Shown here: positions 5,000-6,162 of the stretch, piece after piece
How positions within the stretch are numbered: the stretch's first letter is position 1
Layout: each line of letters starts with the position of its first letter
From: a virus
Virus record (IMG/VR): IMGVR_UViG_3300020030_000132
Coordinates: 1-6,162 of that record
DNA length: 6,162 nt
Reading direction: 5' to 3' (one strand)
Made by a program: the position numbers and the translations under genes
The notes under the pieces: generated by a model
What the model was told of the DNA's origin: nothing
What the model saw: only the letters and a program-made list of their open reading frames with translations
Database searches by the model: none

Positions 5000-6070
5000 T
5001 TAAATAATTAGTTGAAGTTTGTAATGATCTTGCCAGAATTGAAGAATATCCAAATCTAGCCAAGTAGGAGGGTCAAAGTCGGGCATCTTGCGAGAGGAAG
5101 CAGAAAAGCGCATTATTTGCTTTCGCTCCCACGTATACGACGCTCTACTGGATACGGCGGAATTGAGGGAGAACCGCTCAACGCACAAAGACACAATACG
5201 CTTAACCAAAGAAGACTTGCTAAAATGTGCATAAGCGTCAGCAGCGGCAATCGAACGTATAACCTCGTCTTCTGATTTGAGATACTTAAGATAGTATCGA
5301 GGAATCGCGTAATTATAATTGATACGCTTCGAAAAATCGAAATAAGACCACGACGCAACACGAGCAGAAGGGCGAGGCTTATAACCAAGAAAATCACCAA
5401 CGCCAGCAGATACGAATTTTCGCGTATAACGGCGATGTTGGAGGAGGAAAGATAAAGGTGTAAGTTTTCCATCTACGGTAACATATTTATCCGAAATTTC
5501 TTCGGGGTTAAATTGAATTTGTTTAGTAACATACTTTACGCAATAGCGAGCTCGCTTATGGGTAGCCTTTGCCAACCACACAAAACCAAGGTCTCGAACG
5601 GCAGCGCGAATAGTATTATAGAGGACATTTGTACCAAAAAGAAAGCCGTGAAAATGCAATCGAGGTTCATTTCCTATTTCGGGGTGTGTGCCAAACTCTT
5701 GAAAGAAAGCGTGCTTAAACGAATGACCGAGCTTATGTCGCAACCGTTCGTTGAAGCGACGAATGAATCGAGAAGGATCGAGAAGGGCCTCATTGTAATA
5801 ACTCGGAGCAATCGTTATGGTAATGAAAATAGCCTGCTGGTTATTAGACTTGCAATAGGCAAGCTCACGCTCTAGACGAACAAACCAGTCATTACGCTGA
5901 CGACGCAAGCAGTCTTCACACTTTCCACAGGGAACCATTAGCCACTGGCGAGCGATATCCCAAGGTCGAAGAGCTAAGGCCGACCTAGCAACATCAGAAC
6001 CATTTCGACAAGGATTCTTCTTGTCAAAATAGCGACGATTACGTATCCATATGGGAGAAGAGCAAGGCAT
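5000..6070 (-). CDS. VP4: Microviridae replication initiation protein VP4 (HUH rolling-circle endonuclease, gene A family), 356 aa from the ATG.
   Basis: I prefer the ATG at 6068..6070, which gives an MPCSSP N-terminus (the MxCxxP type common in VP4). The ORF-track start at 6091 is TTG. TAA at 5000..5002, 3 nt before the VP1 ATG.

Motifs:
- CGKCEDC, with Cys codons at 5927..5929, 5918..5920 and 5909..5911
- motif 1, FITITI (5810..5827)
- HUH motif, HFH (5648..5656)
- catalytic double-Tyr motif, YCVKY (Tyr codons at 5543..5545 and 5531..5533), matching the YxxKY arrangement of phiX174 protein A. Confidence 0.93.
   Translation of the reverse strand: MPCSSPIWIRNRRYFDKKNPCRNGSDVARSALALRPWDIARQWLMVPCGKCEDCLRRQRNDWFVRLERELAYCKSNNQQAIFITITIAPSYYNEALLDPSRFIRRFNERLRHKLGHSFKHAFFQEFGTHPEIGNEPRLHFHGFLFGTNVLYNTIRAAVRDLGFVWLAKATHKRARYCVKYVTKQIQFNPEEISDKYVTVDGKLTPLSFLLQHRRYTRKFVSAGVGDFLGYKPRPSARVASWSYFDFSKRINYNYAIPRYYLKYLKSEDEVIRSIAAADAYAHFSKSSLVKRIVSLCVERFSLNSAVSSRASYTWERKQIMRFSASSRKMPDFDPPTWLDLDILQFWQDHYKLQLII
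5051..5058 (-). promoter_or_regulatory. Exact TAnnTTTG match (TAGATTTG) inside the 3' end of Rep, 54 nt upstream of the VP1 ATG. Weak candidate capsid promoter.
   Basis: Plus strand caaatcta at 5051..5058. A TTTG lies upstream on the coding strand (plus-strand caaa at 5074..5077), but only 15 nt from the -7 element, where about 20 nt is expected. The motif is frequent in this genome, so this is weak evidence. Confidence 0.2.
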
Positions 6071-6162
6071 TAGAAAAAACTTCGAAGACAATCAAATTTA
6101 ATACCAGGACGATAAAGACGACAGCGATCGAGATAAGCTATCGCAGGACTCTCGTCAGCAAA
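6042..6162. repeat. Right copy of the exact 121-nt terminal direct repeat (identical to 1..121).
   Basis: See the left copy. It contains the 5' 29 nt of Rep (6042..6070) and a truncated second copy of the 66-aa ORF (6070..6162). It is redundant sequence, not an extra gene. Confidence 0.97.

Noticed and set aside
426-5875. Plus-strand ORFs from the six-frame track: 426..662, 1165..1785, 1307..1495, 1945..2241, 2069..2284, 4085..4438, 4517..4903 and 5513..5875.
   Set aside because: All are antisense to well-supported minus-strand genes. Their translations are low-complexity Arg/Lys/Thr/Ser-rich strings typical of the reverse complement of coding DNA. Microviridae transcribe only one strand. 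I recognise no motifs in them.
5000-6091. Longer N-terminal extensions offered by the ORF track: Rep from 6091, the 119-aa version 799..1158, and the 133-aa version 468..869.
   Set aside because: I checked all three extended starts and they are TTG codons. The downstream ATGs (6070, 1119, 791) give non-overlapping, tightly spaced genes. For Rep, the ATG gives the family-typical MxCxxP N-terminus. The 133-aa version would overlap the upstream gene by 71 nt. The TTG starts cannot be excluded without experimental data.

Overview
The window is one complete, circularly permuted genome of a small ssDNA phage of the family Microviridae. It looks like the non-phiX, gokushovirus/alpavirus-like type. 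It is shown as the reverse complement of the coding strand. Bases 1..121 are identical to 6042..6162, so the real unit is a 6041-nt circle assembled with an end overlap.

All eight credible genes are on the minus strand and tightly packed, with junctions of -1 to 12 nt except at two structured noncoding regions and a 63-nt AT-rich spacer (1120..1182). Read on the coding strand, the order is:
- 66-aa ORF
- Rep/VP4, an HUH rolling-circle initiator
- VP1, the major capsid protein
- 98-aa very acidic ORF
- structured intergenic region (IGR)
- 63-aa lipoprotein-like ORF
- VP2, the pilot/minor capsid protein
- 106-aa ORF
- 107-aa ORF
- GC-rich hairpin-rich IGR with a terminator, then back to the 66-aa ORF

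VP1, VP2 and VP4 were recognised by eye from motifs, size and context. No database search was possible. The other five ORFs have no function I can recognise.

The points most worth following up are:
- a small gene with a textbook lipoprotein signal peptide just upstream of VP2
- a 73-nt long hairpin flanked by exact 12-nt direct repeats between the capsid block and the VP2 block
- a roughly 58% GC hairpin cluster in the main noncoding region
- the complete absence of Shine-Dalgarno sequences, which suggests a Bacteroidota host

No tRNA, rRNA, CRISPR array, integrase or transposase was seen.
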